Assembly (NCBI GenBank): GCA_023554445.1
Contig: JAMJQQ010000119.1
Span: 1,925-65,924 of the forward strand
DNA: 64,000 nt
Direction of reading: 5' to 3'
From: Candidatus Carthagonibacter metallireducens
GTDB lineage: Bacteria; Gemmatimonadota; Gemmatimonadetes; Palauibacterales; Palauibacteraceae
The position numbers were made by a program, and so were the translations under genes. Numbering within the stretch: the stretch's first letter is position 1; each line of letters opens with the position of its first letter. The notes below the pieces were generated by a model that did not search any database, had not been told where the DNA came from, and was given only the letters and a program-made list of their open reading frames with translations. Shown here piece by piece: positions 1 to 8,962 of this stretch.

Positions 1-1436
1 AGGGCCGCCACCAGTACACGCCAGAAGGGCTCTACGGACGGCACTTTCACGCGCTCGTCGGGCGAGTGCGGAAAGTCGATCTGAGGACCGAAGGAGATCA
101 TGTCCATCCCCGGGTACTTCTCGCCGATGATTCCGCACTCGAGTCCGGCGTGCACGGCTCCGACTTCGGGATTCTCCCCCGTCTCCGTCTCGTAGACGTC
201 AGCCATGACCGCCAGCACCTCGGACGATGTATCGGGCTTCCAGCCGGGGTAGCCGTCCTTTTCCTGCACTTCCGCCCCCGCCAGCGCGCCGATCGCCTGG
301 ATGCGCTGGCGAACGGCCGACAGAGCAGTCATCACCGAGCTCCGGGTGCTGGTCAGCACCTTCACCGCGTCCCCTGCGTCCTTTACGACCGCGAGATTCG
401 TGCTGGTCTCGACCAGGCCTTCAATGTCCGGGCTCATGCCGAGAACCCCGTGCGGCAAGGCCGTCACGAGCTCCAGCATCTTCCGCGTACCGGCGGCGTC
501 GATCGCGTCCGCCGGAAGCCCGACGTCCCCGACCTTCCAGGCGAAGCCCGGGTCGATCGACTGCAGCTCCGCCTTGATCGCCTCGAATTCGCATGCCAGG
601 AGTCCCCGGATCGTTTCTGCGGCACCCGCCGGCGCGACGATCACGGCGTCGGCTTCCCGGGGAATCGCGTTGTGCGCGTTGCCTCCCTTGAAGGAGGCCA
701 CCCGAAGCTCCTCGCGAAGCAGCGATGAGTAGAGAACCCGTCCCAGCAGCCGGACGGCATTTCCGCGCTGCAAGTGAATGTCGACGCCCGAATGGCCGCC
801 CTTCATCCCCTCGACCCGGATCGAGATGGCCTGCCAGTCGCCCGGAATTCCGGTACGGTTGACGGGCAGGGTCAGGTGAGTGTCCGCTCCTCCCGCACAC
901 CCGATCGTCAGGACGCCCTCCTCCTCCGAGTCCAGGTTGATCAGGCGCCTGCCCTGTAGCAGGTCCTCGGCAAGGCCACCCGCGCCGGTCAGGCCGGTTT
1001 CCTCGTCGATCGTGAACAGAAACTCGAGGGGGCCGTGGGCGATGTCGTCCGCCTCGAGGATCGCCAGCATGGCGGCCACCCCGATTCCGTTGTCGGAGCC
1101 GAGCGTCGTGCCGTCCGCGGTGAGATATTCGCCGTCCATTACTGGCCGGATCGCTTCCGTATCGAAGTCGAACTCCGTCTCGCTGTTCTTCTCCTGCACC
1201 ATGTCGAGGTGCGCCTGCAGCACGATGATCGGTGCGCCTTCCCGATCCGCCGTCCCCGGCTTGCGGACGACGACGTTGCCGACGGAGTCCACTACGTGAT
1301 CCAGCCCGGCCCCGTCCGCGATCGCCACTACGTGTGCCCGAGCGGCCTCCTCCTTCTTGGAACCGCGCGGGATGGTCAGAATCGTATCGAAATGGCCCCA
1401 GAGAGTCGTGGGCTGGAGCTCGGAAACGAACGACAT
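1..1436 (-). CDS. pepD: Aminoacyl-histidine (Xaa-His) dipeptidase, M20 family; C-terminal part runs off the window edge
   Basis: Reverse-strand translation from ATG 1436-1434 gives MSFVSELQPTTLWGHFDTILTIPRGSKKEE...GNVVVRKPGTADREG...VLQAHLDMV, a typical PepD/M20 N-terminus. Not in the ORF track because it has no stop inside the window. The plus-strand ORFs overlapping it are GC-bias artefacts. Confidence 0.8.
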   Translation of the reverse strand, partial: MSFVSELQPTTLWGHFDTILTIPRGSKKEEAARAHVVAIADGAGLDHVVDSVGNVVVRKPGTADREGAPIIVLQAHLDMVQEKNSETEFDFDTEAIRPVMDGEYLTADGTTLGSDNGIGVAAMLAILEADDIAHGPLEFLFTIDEETGLTGAGGLAEDLLQGRRLINLDSEEEGVLTIGCAGGADTHLTLPVNRTGIPGDWQAISIRVEGMKGGHSGVDIHLQRGNAVRLLGRVLYSSLLREELRVASFKGGNAHNAIPREADAVIVAPAGAAETIRGLLACEFEAIKAELQSIDPGFAWKVGDVGLPADAIDAAGTRKMLELVTALPHGVLGMSPDIEGLVETSTNLAVVKDAGDAVKVLTSTRSSVMTALSAVRQRIQAIGALAGAEVQEKDGYPGWKPDTSSEVLAVMADVYETETGENPEVGAVHAGLECGIIGEKYPGMDMISFGPQIDFPHSPDERVKVPSVEPFWRVLVAA

Positions 1437-1698
1437 GGCAGTGCTCCTTCGCTGAGTGGCAAGCTTGACCGCCCGCCGGCCGGATCGATCGTCCGGTGAC
1501 GGGCCCGTACCGGTCGGAACCGGACCCGGGACGATACAACGGACACTCGTTCGCGTCCACGGATCCTCGGTCGCCCCGCAACGGCCGCCGGCTGGCGGGC
1601 TCCGACCGCGGGATGCAACTTGCCCGGTCGCTGCGACACCCGGGATCGATCCAGGATCTCTCACGCCCAGAGCGCCGGCCCGTTCCGGTGGAGGCCCG

Positions 1699-3672
1699 AT
1701 GAGCGAACAGAAGCACGTACCCTACGTTCCCGTCACCACCGACATGGCAGAGCTGACCGTCAAGGCGGTAGCGCTCGGCGTGGTCATGGCGATCGTGCTG
1801 GGGGCGGCCAATGCGTACGTGGGCATGAAAGCGGGCCTCACGGTGGCTGCGGCCTTCCCCGCCGCTGTCGTGGCGATGGCCGTTCTGCGACCGTTCAACG
1901 GGACGATTCTCGAGGAGAACATCGCCCGCACCACGGCGTCCGTAGGGGAATCGCTGATGGCGGGAGCGATCTTCACGATTCCCGCGTTCGTGATCACCGG
2001 CGCCTGGGATACTCTCCGATACTGGGAGAGCACGGCGATCATGTTCATTGGCGGCGTGCTCGGCGTTCTGTTCGTGATCGTGCTGCGGCGTACGCTGGTC
2101 GTCGAGGCCGACCTCCCCTTTCCGGAGAGCGTGGCCGCGGCCGAAATCGTCAAAGCCGGGCAGGGCGGACAGACAGGCGCGAAGTACGTGGTCGCGGGCC
2201 TCGGTCTGGCAGCGTTCTGGGAGCTGTTCAAGAACAGCAACGGGATCCTGCTGATCAAGGAGAAGACGGAAGCGGTCGTCGAGTTCGGCCGCTCCAGCAT
2301 CGAGATCCTGGGCGTTCCCACGGAGTACCCGGGTGGAGGACTCTATCTTTCGAGCCCGGCGGCCTCTCCCATGCTCATGGGCGTGGGATACATCATCGGC
2401 CTCCGGCTCTCGGCCGTCGTCTTCGCCGGGGCCGTGATCGGCTGGCTGTTTCTCGTGCCGCTGGCGGTCTTTCTCAACCCGGCGCTCTCGGAGGCCGCGG
2501 CCGCCGATCCGGGCGGCATGATCGCACTCTCCGAGGACGTCTGGTTCAACCAGGTCAGGCCGCTGGCGGTCGGGACGATGATCGTGGCCGCCTTCTACAC
2601 CCTCTACAACCTGCGGGGGCCTCTGGTCTCGGGGATCCGCAAGGCGTTCGGGGACATCGGTTCGGCAGGCGACGGTGAGACGCGAGATCGGACGGACGTA
2701 GACCTCCCCTTCAGCCGTGTCATCCCGGCCATCGGTATCATGGCGATCGCCACCTTCTTCCTCTACTGGTATTTTGCGCAGAACATCGTCGGGGCGTTGA
2801 TTCTCACCGTCGTCATGGTGATTCTCGGTTTCCTGTTCGCTGCCGTGGCCGGCTACCTGGTCGGTTTGATCGGCAACTCCAACAATCCGATCTCGGGACT
2901 GACCCTGAGTGCCCTGCTGATCGCGGCGATCCTGATGGTCGCGATCGGACTCACCGACGTGCACGGCGTGGCCGCGGTCCTGGCGGTAGCGGGAGTCGTC
3001 TGCTGTGCGGCGGGAATAGCGGGTGACATGATGCAGGATCTGAAGGTCGGACACATTCTCGGCGGCACGCCCTGGCGGATGGAGGTCGGCGAGATCATCG
3101 GGGTCATAGGCGCTTCGCTGGTACTCGCGGTCGCCCTGAACGTCATGCACGGCGCGTACACGATCGGATCGGCGGAGCTTCCCGCCCCCCAGGCGGGATT
3201 GATGGCCCTGATCGCCAACGGCATCGTCGGGGGCGAAATGGCCTGGCCGCTGGTGATCGTCGGCATGTTCTTCGCCGTCGGACTGATCCTGGTCGAGGCC
3301 CCCGCACCGATGCTGATCGCAGTCGGAATGTATCTTCCTTTCTATTCGACGGCGGCGATCTTCGCCGGCGGACTGATTCACTGGGGCTTCACCCGCGCCC
3401 TCGACAGGCGCAACGCGACCGACGGCGAACGCACGGCGGCCACGAACAAGGGGATCCTGCTCTCCTCCGGGTTCATCGCCGGCGAATCGCTGATGGCCGT
3501 ACTGCTCGCCTTCCTGTTCATGGGTTCGGACTTCGTGCCCGCGATCGGGCGGACCCTGGAAGCTCTCACGCCATCGGGCGAACCGAGCTTTCTGCTGGGC
3601 CTGCTGATCTACCCGGTCGTCATCTGGCTTCTCGCCTGGCTGCCGCTCAAGGAAGTGGACGGGCGCGATTGA
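1699..3672 (+). CDS. OPT-family oligopeptide transporter
   Basis: ORF 1456..3672 has a junk N-terminus. A real start at ATG 1699 gives MSEQKHVPYVPVTT. The product is polytopic membrane protein with OPT-family hallmarks (AAFPAAVVAMAVLRPFNGTILEENI..., many TM segments, about 657 aa). Confidence 0.85.
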   Translation: MSEQKHVPYVPVTTDMAELTVKAVALGVVMAIVLGAANAYVGMKAGLTVAAAFPAAVVAMAVLRPFNGTILEENIARTTASVGESLMAGAIFTIPAFVITGAWDTLRYWESTAIMFIGGVLGVLFVIVLRRTLVVEADLPFPESVAAAEIVKAGQGGQTGAKYVVAGLGLAAFWELFKNSNGILLIKEKTEAVVEFGRSSIEILGVPTEYPGGGLYLSSPAASPMLMGVGYIIGLRLSAVVFAGAVIGWLFLVPLAVFLNPALSEAAAADPGGMIALSEDVWFNQVRPLAVGTMIVAAFYTLYNLRGPLVSGIRKAFGDIGSAGDGETRDRTDVDLPFSRVIPAIGIMAIATFFLYWYFAQNIVGALILTVVMVILGFLFAAVAGYLVGLIGNSNNPISGLTLSALLIAAILMVAIGLTDVHGVAAVLAVAGVVCCAAGIAGDMMQDLKVGHILGGTPWRMEVGEIIGVIGASLVLAVALNVMHGAYTIGSAELPAPQAGLMALIANGIVGGEMAWPLVIVGMFFAVGLILVEAPAPMLIAVGMYLPFYSTAAIFAGGLIHWGFTRALDRRNATDGERTAATNKGILLSSGFIAGESLMAVLLAFLFMGSDFVPAIGRTLEALTPSGEPSFLLGLLIYPVVIWLLAWLPLKEVDGRD

Positions 3673-3697
3673 GCCTGCACCGACGCGGAGCGACTGC

Positions 3698-4078
3698 ATG
3701 AGCCTCAGCCGCCCGTGGCGGCGGAAGCGCCGACACGAGGGGGTCAATCTGTTGCATCTCCGACCCATCCGGCAGGCCGACTGGACGGATGCCGACGGAC
3801 CGGTGATGCTGACCCGCTGGCACCCGAAGCGTCGCGGAGCGAAGGGGCTCACGGCGCGGCTCGACCACTGGCTCGGCACCCCGAAGCTGAAGCTCGACGA
3901 GACCGGCACCTTCGCGTGGCGCCGATTCGACGGAGAGACGACCGTAGGCGAGGTGGCGGCCGCGCTCCGCGACACGTACGGCGAAAGCGCCGAGCCCGTG
4001 GAACAGCGACTCGGCGCCTTCGTTCGTCTCCTGCACCGGGAGGGCTTGATCCGCTACGCGGAGCTCGACGCTCCCTGA
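3698..4078 (+). CDS. PqqD-family protein (RiPP-recognition-element-like peptide chaperone)
   Basis: The C-terminal roughly 90 aa (KLDETGTFAWRRFDGETTVGEVAAALRDTYGESAEPVEQRLGAFVRLLHREGLIRY) align with K. pneumoniae PqqD ([30 protein letters not shown]...FLQIACQQKWIEL). The true start may be the internal ATG near 3806. Confidence 0.7.
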   Translation: MSLSRPWRRKRRHEGVNLLHLRPIRQADWTDADGPVMLTRWHPKRRGAKGLTARLDHWLGTPKLKLDETGTFAWRRFDGETTVGEVAAALRDTYGESAEPVEQRLGAFVRLLHREGLIRYAELDAP

Positions 4079-4106
4079 GCGCACGATCGCGCCATCGACG
4101 GCAGCT

Positions 4107-5447
4107 TCAGACCACGTCCGACAGCGCCGGACGGAGAATCTCGATCGCACGATCAACATCCGCCTCTGAGAAGATCAGCGACGGTCGGAAGCGCAGAGAC
4201 CGGGGCCCGCACGTCAGCGTGGCCAGCCCGGCTTCCCAGCAACTCGTCCGGATCGCGTCGCGCGTCGCGCCGTCCGGGAGGTCGAAGGCGAGGAACAACC
4301 CGAGGCCGCGGGCGTTGCTCACCGTGCCCGGGAACTCCCTCTCCAACCCGGCGAGACGATCGAGGAAGTACGCCCCGACCCGCGCGGCATTGTCCACCAG
4401 GTCTTCATCCCGGATGATCTCGAGGTAGCGGGCACACCGGATCATGTCCACCAGGTTTCCTCCCCAGGTCGAATTGATCCGGGAGGAGAGGTGGAAGACG
4501 TTGTCATCCACCTCGTCGATTCGTCGTGTGGACATCATGCCGCAGACCTGCGTTTTCTTGCCGAAGGCAACCAGGTCGGGAGTCACGCCGAGCGCCTGGA
4601 ACGCCCACATCGCACCGGTCGTCCCCATCCCTGTCTGAACCTCGTCGAAGATCAGCAGCGCGTCCCGCTCGTCGGCGATCCTCCGAAGCTCCAACAGGAA
4701 CTCGGGCCGGAAGTGATTGTCCCCACCCTCACCCTGGATCGGCTCGATCAGAATCGCGGCGATGCCGTGCGGGTCCGAGTCGAAGGCGCGCTCGATTTCG
4801 GCGACCGCCGCCGCCTCGGCTGCCGCCGCCGTTTCCTCGTCGATCGGATACTTCACCTTCGGATTCGTGACCCGGGGCCAGTCGAACTTCGGGAACAGTG
4901 CGGTCTTGTTCGGATCGGTGTTCGTGACCGAGAGCGTGTATCCACTGCGGCCGTGAAATGCCTCCCTGAAGTGGAGGATGCGGTCTCCGCCGCCCTCGAT
5001 TCCCTGCTCCCGGTTCTTCCTGGCTTTCCAGTCGAAGGCCGCCTTCATCGCGTTCTCGACCGCGAGGGCTCCTCCGGCCACGAAGAACAGGTAGCGAAAC
5101 TCGTCGGGTACCGCGATCTCCCGGAAAGTGCGCACGAACGAGGCGAATTCGCGGGAATAGACATCGCTGTTCGCCGGGTTCTCGATCGCCGCGCGCATTA
5201 GAGTTTCCTGAAACTCCGGATCATCCAGTCCCGGGTGATTGTGCCCGATCGGAAGGGTCGCGAAGAAAGTGTAGCAGTCGATGTATTCCTTGCCCTCGAG
5301 CGCATCGACCATCGTCGAACCGTGCGAACGCTCGAGGTCGATGACGATATGAAAGCCATCCACGAGAATGTTCTCTTCCAGGGTCGGAAACACTTCCTCG
5401 GCCGGAAGCAGCGTGGAACCCGAAATCGTCTGAGATGGTGCGGGCAT
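4107..5447 (-). CDS. lat: Class-III PLP aminotransferase, probable L-lysine 6-aminotransferase
   Basis: The 446-aa product has the class-III aminotransferase fold (FHGRSGYTLS, IFDEVQTGMGTTG, LVAFGKKTQVCG). Its length and motifs resemble lysine epsilon-aminotransferase. Confidence 0.7.
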   Translation of the reverse strand: MPAPSQTISGSTLLPAEEVFPTLEENILVDGFHIVIDLERSHGSTMVDALEGKEYIDCYTFFATLPIGHNHPGLDDPEFQETLMRAAIENPANSDVYSREFASFVRTFREIAVPDEFRYLFFVAGGALAVENAMKAAFDWKARKNREQGIEGGGDRILHFREAFHGRSGYTLSVTNTDPNKTALFPKFDWPRVTNPKVKYPIDEETAAAAEAAAVAEIERAFDSDPHGIAAILIEPIQGEGGDNHFRPEFLLELRRIADERDALLIFDEVQTGMGTTGAMWAFQALGVTPDLVAFGKKTQVCGMMSTRRIDEVDDNVFHLSSRINSTWGGNLVDMIRCARYLEIIRDEDLVDNAARVGAYFLDRLAGLEREFPGTVSNARGLGLFLAFDLPDGATRDAIRTSCWEAGLATLTCGPRSLRFRPSLIFSEADVDRAIEILRPALSDVV

Positions 5448-5602
5448 GAGCCTCCTCCTTGGGGCGGTTGCGATATGGATGCCAAGCTACAAGTCCGGCC
5501 GGCCCCGGGACAGGACCGCCGATACGCGCGCCGCGGTGCCCCGGGGGGCCGATTCGAAGTGCCGATCGATCGGGTGCAGGAGCGGAGAGACGACCGCGTA
5601 AC

Positions 5603-5623
5603 TCATTCTGAACGTTACCGCTG
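5603..5623. promoter_or_regulatory. Perfect inverted repeat GTTACCGC-N5-GCGGTAAC, a candidate transcription-factor operator in the lat upstream region
   Basis: The sequence reads gaacGTTACCGCtggacGCGGTAACctg directly. It lies about 155 bp upstream of the lat start, in a 240-bp intergenic region. Confidence 0.4.
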
Positions 5624-5685
5624 GACGCGGTAACCTGATCTGCTTTAGATGCCGGCGCAAACGAGAGTCCTCGACGAGAACCCGG

Positions 5686-6324
5686 CTATGCGAGCCCCAC
5701 CGCTCCGAGGTGCGTGCTGACGACCTCCTCGACGGACTCCCCGTCCCAGATGCCGGGACCGACCGGGAGCTGCAACCCTTCGACGTTGCGAGAGAGCGAG
5801 GTGAGGGCACGCGCCATCTGCAGCATGGGATCCGCATCGAACTTGGAGCCGACGTACATGTCGAGCTGCGACGCGATCGGCTCTCCGATCAGTCGACGCA
5901 TTGCCTCGTTCGCCGCTGCGAGATCGGGACTGAACAGCCTCCGCCCGGTCTCGTTTTCATGTCGGTCGGACAGCGCCTGAAGCAGGGTCAGCGAGCAGTA
6001 CGCGTCGTCGAGAACCCCGAGCAGGCCCAGCCGATCGGGAATCATGTCTTCGGCCATAGCCCAGTATGACACGGCAGACTCGAGCACCGAGGACATTTCC
6101 GATTCGAGTCCAGCGATCCTCGCCGTCTCCATGCCGTCGCGGAACAGGCCGGGAACATGCCTCACGTAGTCCATGACGAAGCCGACGGCACCGTCGAGAT
6201 CAGCATCCCCTGCCTCCTGTCCGTGCTGCCTCGCGTGCTCCCACAGGGCGCGGCGCAGGCGTCCCGATCGCCCTTCGTCGCGCACTGCCTCCTCGATCTG
6301 AAGTTCAACCCGCTCGACGTCCAC
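5686..6324 (-). CDS. Hypothetical protein (212 aa), function unknown
   Basis: ORF of normal composition with no recognisable motifs. It is divergent from the M64 peptidase gene. Confidence 0.5.
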   Translation of the reverse strand: MDVERVELQIEEAVRDEGRSGRLRRALWEHARQHGQEAGDADLDGAVGFVMDYVRHVPGLFRDGMETARIAGLESEMSSVLESAVSYWAMAEDMIPDRLGLLGVLDDAYCSLTLLQALSDRHENETGRRLFSPDLAAANEAMRRLIGEPIASQLDMYVGSKFDADPMLQMARALTSLSRNVEGLQLPVGPGIWDGESVEEVVSTHLGAVGLA

Positions 6325-6515
6325 GCTCGATGCCTCCGTCTCTGTCTTCGACCGTCGCGCTGGTCGCGGTGCACGAATAGCTTATTCCCGGTCGCCGCGC
6401 CGGCGGCGCTCCTCGAATCCTTGACCGGATTCATGATATCACACGCTGAGGCGTACGGCTCGGGCTCCGCACCCCTTCGCAGAGTCTCGGGCCCGGCCGC
6501 CCGAGGAGTCCAACC

Positions 6516-7952
6516 ATGAGGTTGAGAATCCGTACGGCCCCCCTCGCGGTCCTTCTGACCCTCTGCCTCGGGTCGGCTGACCTGCGAGCCCAGAATCCCG
6601 AATTCCGCGAATACTTCGCCGATCGAACGATGCGCGTCGATTACTTCCACACGGGATCAGCGGAGCTGGAGGTGATCAGCCTCGACCGTGTGGTCTCCGA
6701 CGGTCCGTGGGCAGGACCCCGCGACCGGCTCGTCGACGAGTCGAACATGGGCAAGTTCCGCTTCGAGGTCCGGGACGCCGACAGCGGTGCTCTGCTGTAC
6801 TCGCGTGGCTTCGCATCGATCTACGGCGAGTGGGAGACTACGGCCGAAGCGGCGCAGCTGCAGAGGACGTTTCACGAGTCGTTGCGCTTCCCGTGGCCCC
6901 TGAGACCGATCAGGGTGATCCTGCACAGGCGGACCGGACCGCGCGCGTTCGCTCAGATCTGGGAGACCGTCGTCGATCCCGGGTCGAGGTTCATCAACGC
7001 CGCCGACAGAGGCCCGGGCGGTCCGGTGCACACGCTCTTTCAGAGCGGTCCGCCTTCCGAGAAGGTGGATCTCGTGCTCGTCGGCGAGGGATACACGCCC
7101 GAGCAGGAATCGAAGTTCCTGGCAGATGCCCGACGCCTGAGCGAAGCGCTGTTCGAGACCGAACCGTTTCGCGCCCGCAAGAGTGACTTCAACGTACTGG
7201 CCGTATTCGTGCCCGCCGAGCGCCCGGGCGTGAACAGACCGCATGTCGGAGAGTTCCGGCGCACCCCCCTGTCGACCGAGTTCAACATCTTCGATTCGGA
7301 GCGGTATCTGCTCACGCTCGACAATCGAGCCCTCAGGGAAGCCCTGTCCGGCGTGCCCTACGAGTTCGTCGAGATTCTCGTGAACGAGAAGCAATACGGC
7401 GGAGGCGGGATCTTCAATTTCCAGTCAACGGTGGCCGTCGATTCCGAGTTCGCCGATTACGTGTTCGTCCACGAATTCGGACACCATTTCGCCGGGCTCG
7501 CCGACGAGTACTACACCTCGGACGTGTCTTACGAAACGGGGGGTGAAACGCACCCGGAGCCATGGGAGCCCAACGTGACCGCCCTGCATGATCCCGAGGG
7601 GCTCAAGTGGGGAGACCTGGTCACGCCGAGCACCCCTATTCCCACTCCGTGGGGAAAAGAAGCATACGAGGAGCATTCCAACCGGATTCGGGCCCAGCGG
7701 AGGGCACTGGTTGAGCGCACGGCCCCCGAGTCGGAATTCGACGACCTGTTCGCCCGGCAGCGCGAGATCGAGAGGGAGCTGCTCTCGGCGATGCAGTTCG
7801 CGAATCGGGTGGGCGCATTCGAAGGGGCGATGTACGAGGCGCGAGGGCTGTACCGGTCCGAGATCGACTGCATCATGTTCACCCGGGCCGAGTTCTTCTG
7901 TCACGTATGCCGGCGGGCGATCCAGAGAATCATCGATCTCTACGCGGGCTGA
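6516..7952 (+). CDS. Secreted M64-family (IgA-peptidase-like) zinc metallopeptidase
   Basis: Has a signal peptide (MRLRIRTAPLAVLLTLCLGSADLRA) and an HEFGHHFAGLADEY zinc-binding motif. Overall similarity is to the Peptidase_M64 family. An RBS precedes the ATG. Confidence 0.8.
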   Translation: MRLRIRTAPLAVLLTLCLGSADLRAQNPEFREYFADRTMRVDYFHTGSAELEVISLDRVVSDGPWAGPRDRLVDESNMGKFRFEVRDADSGALLYSRGFASIYGEWETTAEAAQLQRTFHESLRFPWPLRPIRVILHRRTGPRAFAQIWETVVDPGSRFINAADRGPGGPVHTLFQSGPPSEKVDLVLVGEGYTPEQESKFLADARRLSEALFETEPFRARKSDFNVLAVFVPAERPGVNRPHVGEFRRTPLSTEFNIFDSERYLLTLDNRALREALSGVPYEFVEILVNEKQYGGGGIFNFQSTVAVDSEFADYVFVHEFGHHFAGLADEYYTSDVSYETGGETHPEPWEPNVTALHDPEGLKWGDLVTPSTPIPTPWGKEAYEEHSNRIRAQRRALVERTAPESEFDDLFARQREIERELLSAMQFANRVGAFEGAMYEARGLYRSEIDCIMFTRAEFFCHVCRRAIQRIIDLYAG

Positions 7953-7995
7953 ATCGGCTCGCGGGCTGCCCTCTGCGCTGCGGGTGAGCGATCGG

Positions 7996-8202
7996 CTACC
8001 ACTTGTCCTTGTCGACGAAGGTGGTGCGGATCACGATCCCGAGGATCCGATCGACCCGGAAGCAGCTCTTCCCGAAGCAGACCACCGGTGCGCCCTGGGC
8101 AAGAGCTTCCGCATAGATCCGCTTGGGATTCTCGCTGTCCGGCGCATCCACCATGATCGGGTGAACCGTATCGGGCCCCTGCACCAGTACCTGCAGTTCC
8201 AT
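7996..8202 (-). CDS. Small hypothetical protein (68 aa)
   Basis: An internal ATG at 8202 is preceded by a strong SD (GGAAGGAGTGACGATG) and gives MELQVLVQGPDTVHPIMVDAPDSENPKRIYAEALAQGAPVVCFGKSCF.... The longer 106-aa ORF has an Arg-rich, unlikely N-terminus. Confidence 0.45.
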   Translation of the reverse strand: MELQVLVQGPDTVHPIMVDAPDSENPKRIYAEALAQGAPVVCFGKSCFRVDRILGIVIRTTFVDKDKW

Positions 8203-8427
8203 CGTCACTCCTTCCGACCTCTGAGTCGGCTGAGAGGGAACGCCGCCGCGCCAGCGAGGCGACGGACCGGTAGCTTCCCGGGGCTGAACAAGATAGCGGC
8301 ACATGCCCCGCGGCATCCAGCCCGGAGGATCGTCACCGGGCCGTTCCTCGCGAACCCCGATTCACGTTAGATTGATCGGGCGCGAGCTTCGGCCGACCGG
8401 AATTCGCATTTCCCAGGGAGACCAGGC

Positions 8428-8961
8428 ATGCTCAGCTTCAACGAATGCTCCGGGTCCGGCCCAGATCGCGCCGCAGGCGCAGGTTCGATCGGCATTCTAC
8501 TAATTGGATTGGCGGTCGCCGCCTGCGCCTCCGCCGGAGGATTCCGCGAGACGAACCTCGACAACCTGGACCGCTTGAGAACCGGCATGACGCGGGATCA
8601 GGTTTTCGACGTAATGGGAACCGAGAGCGTGAGCGCGGCCGGCACCGAATCGGCGGGACCGGTGGGAATCGCGGAGGATACGCTGGGGGTGAACAGCCTT
8701 CAGGTCCCGATCGGTGGACCGAGGCCGGTGCTGCAGAACCCTCACCGCAACGAGGTCTACGAGGCGGATGGATCCGACTGGGAGGTCCTGTTCTACTACA
8801 CGCGCGTCTCCGCCGACGACGGACGGGTGACCGACGACGAGCTCACCCCAGTCGTGCTGCGAGACGGCACGCTCGTCGGCATCGGCTGGGAGTACTGGGC
8901 CGAACAGGCATCTCTGTACGCGATCCCCGCCCCGCTGCCGGAGTCCGAGGACGGGACCTGA
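8428..8961 (+). CDS. Lipoprotein with a BamE/SmpA-OmlA-like (DUF3192-like) domain
   Basis: Has a signal plus lipobox (LLIGLAVAACAS), an LRTGMTRDQVFDVMG motif typical of the SmpA_OmlA fold, and an RBS (AGGGAG). Confidence 0.55.
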   Translation: MLSFNECSGSGPDRAAGAGSIGILLIGLAVAACASAGGFRETNLDNLDRLRTGMTRDQVFDVMGTESVSAAGTESAGPVGIAEDTLGVNSLQVPIGGPRPVLQNPHRNEVYEADGSDWEVLFYYTRVSADDGRVTDDELTPVVLRDGTLVGIGWEYWAEQASLYAIPAPLPESEDGT

Positions 8962-8962
8962 A

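Noticed and set aside
421-3975. 1184-aa minus-strand ORF spanning pepD and the OPT transporter
   Set aside because: Extreme Arg/Gly/Asp/His bias with no domain. It is antisense to two well-supported genes, a typical high-GC frame artefact.
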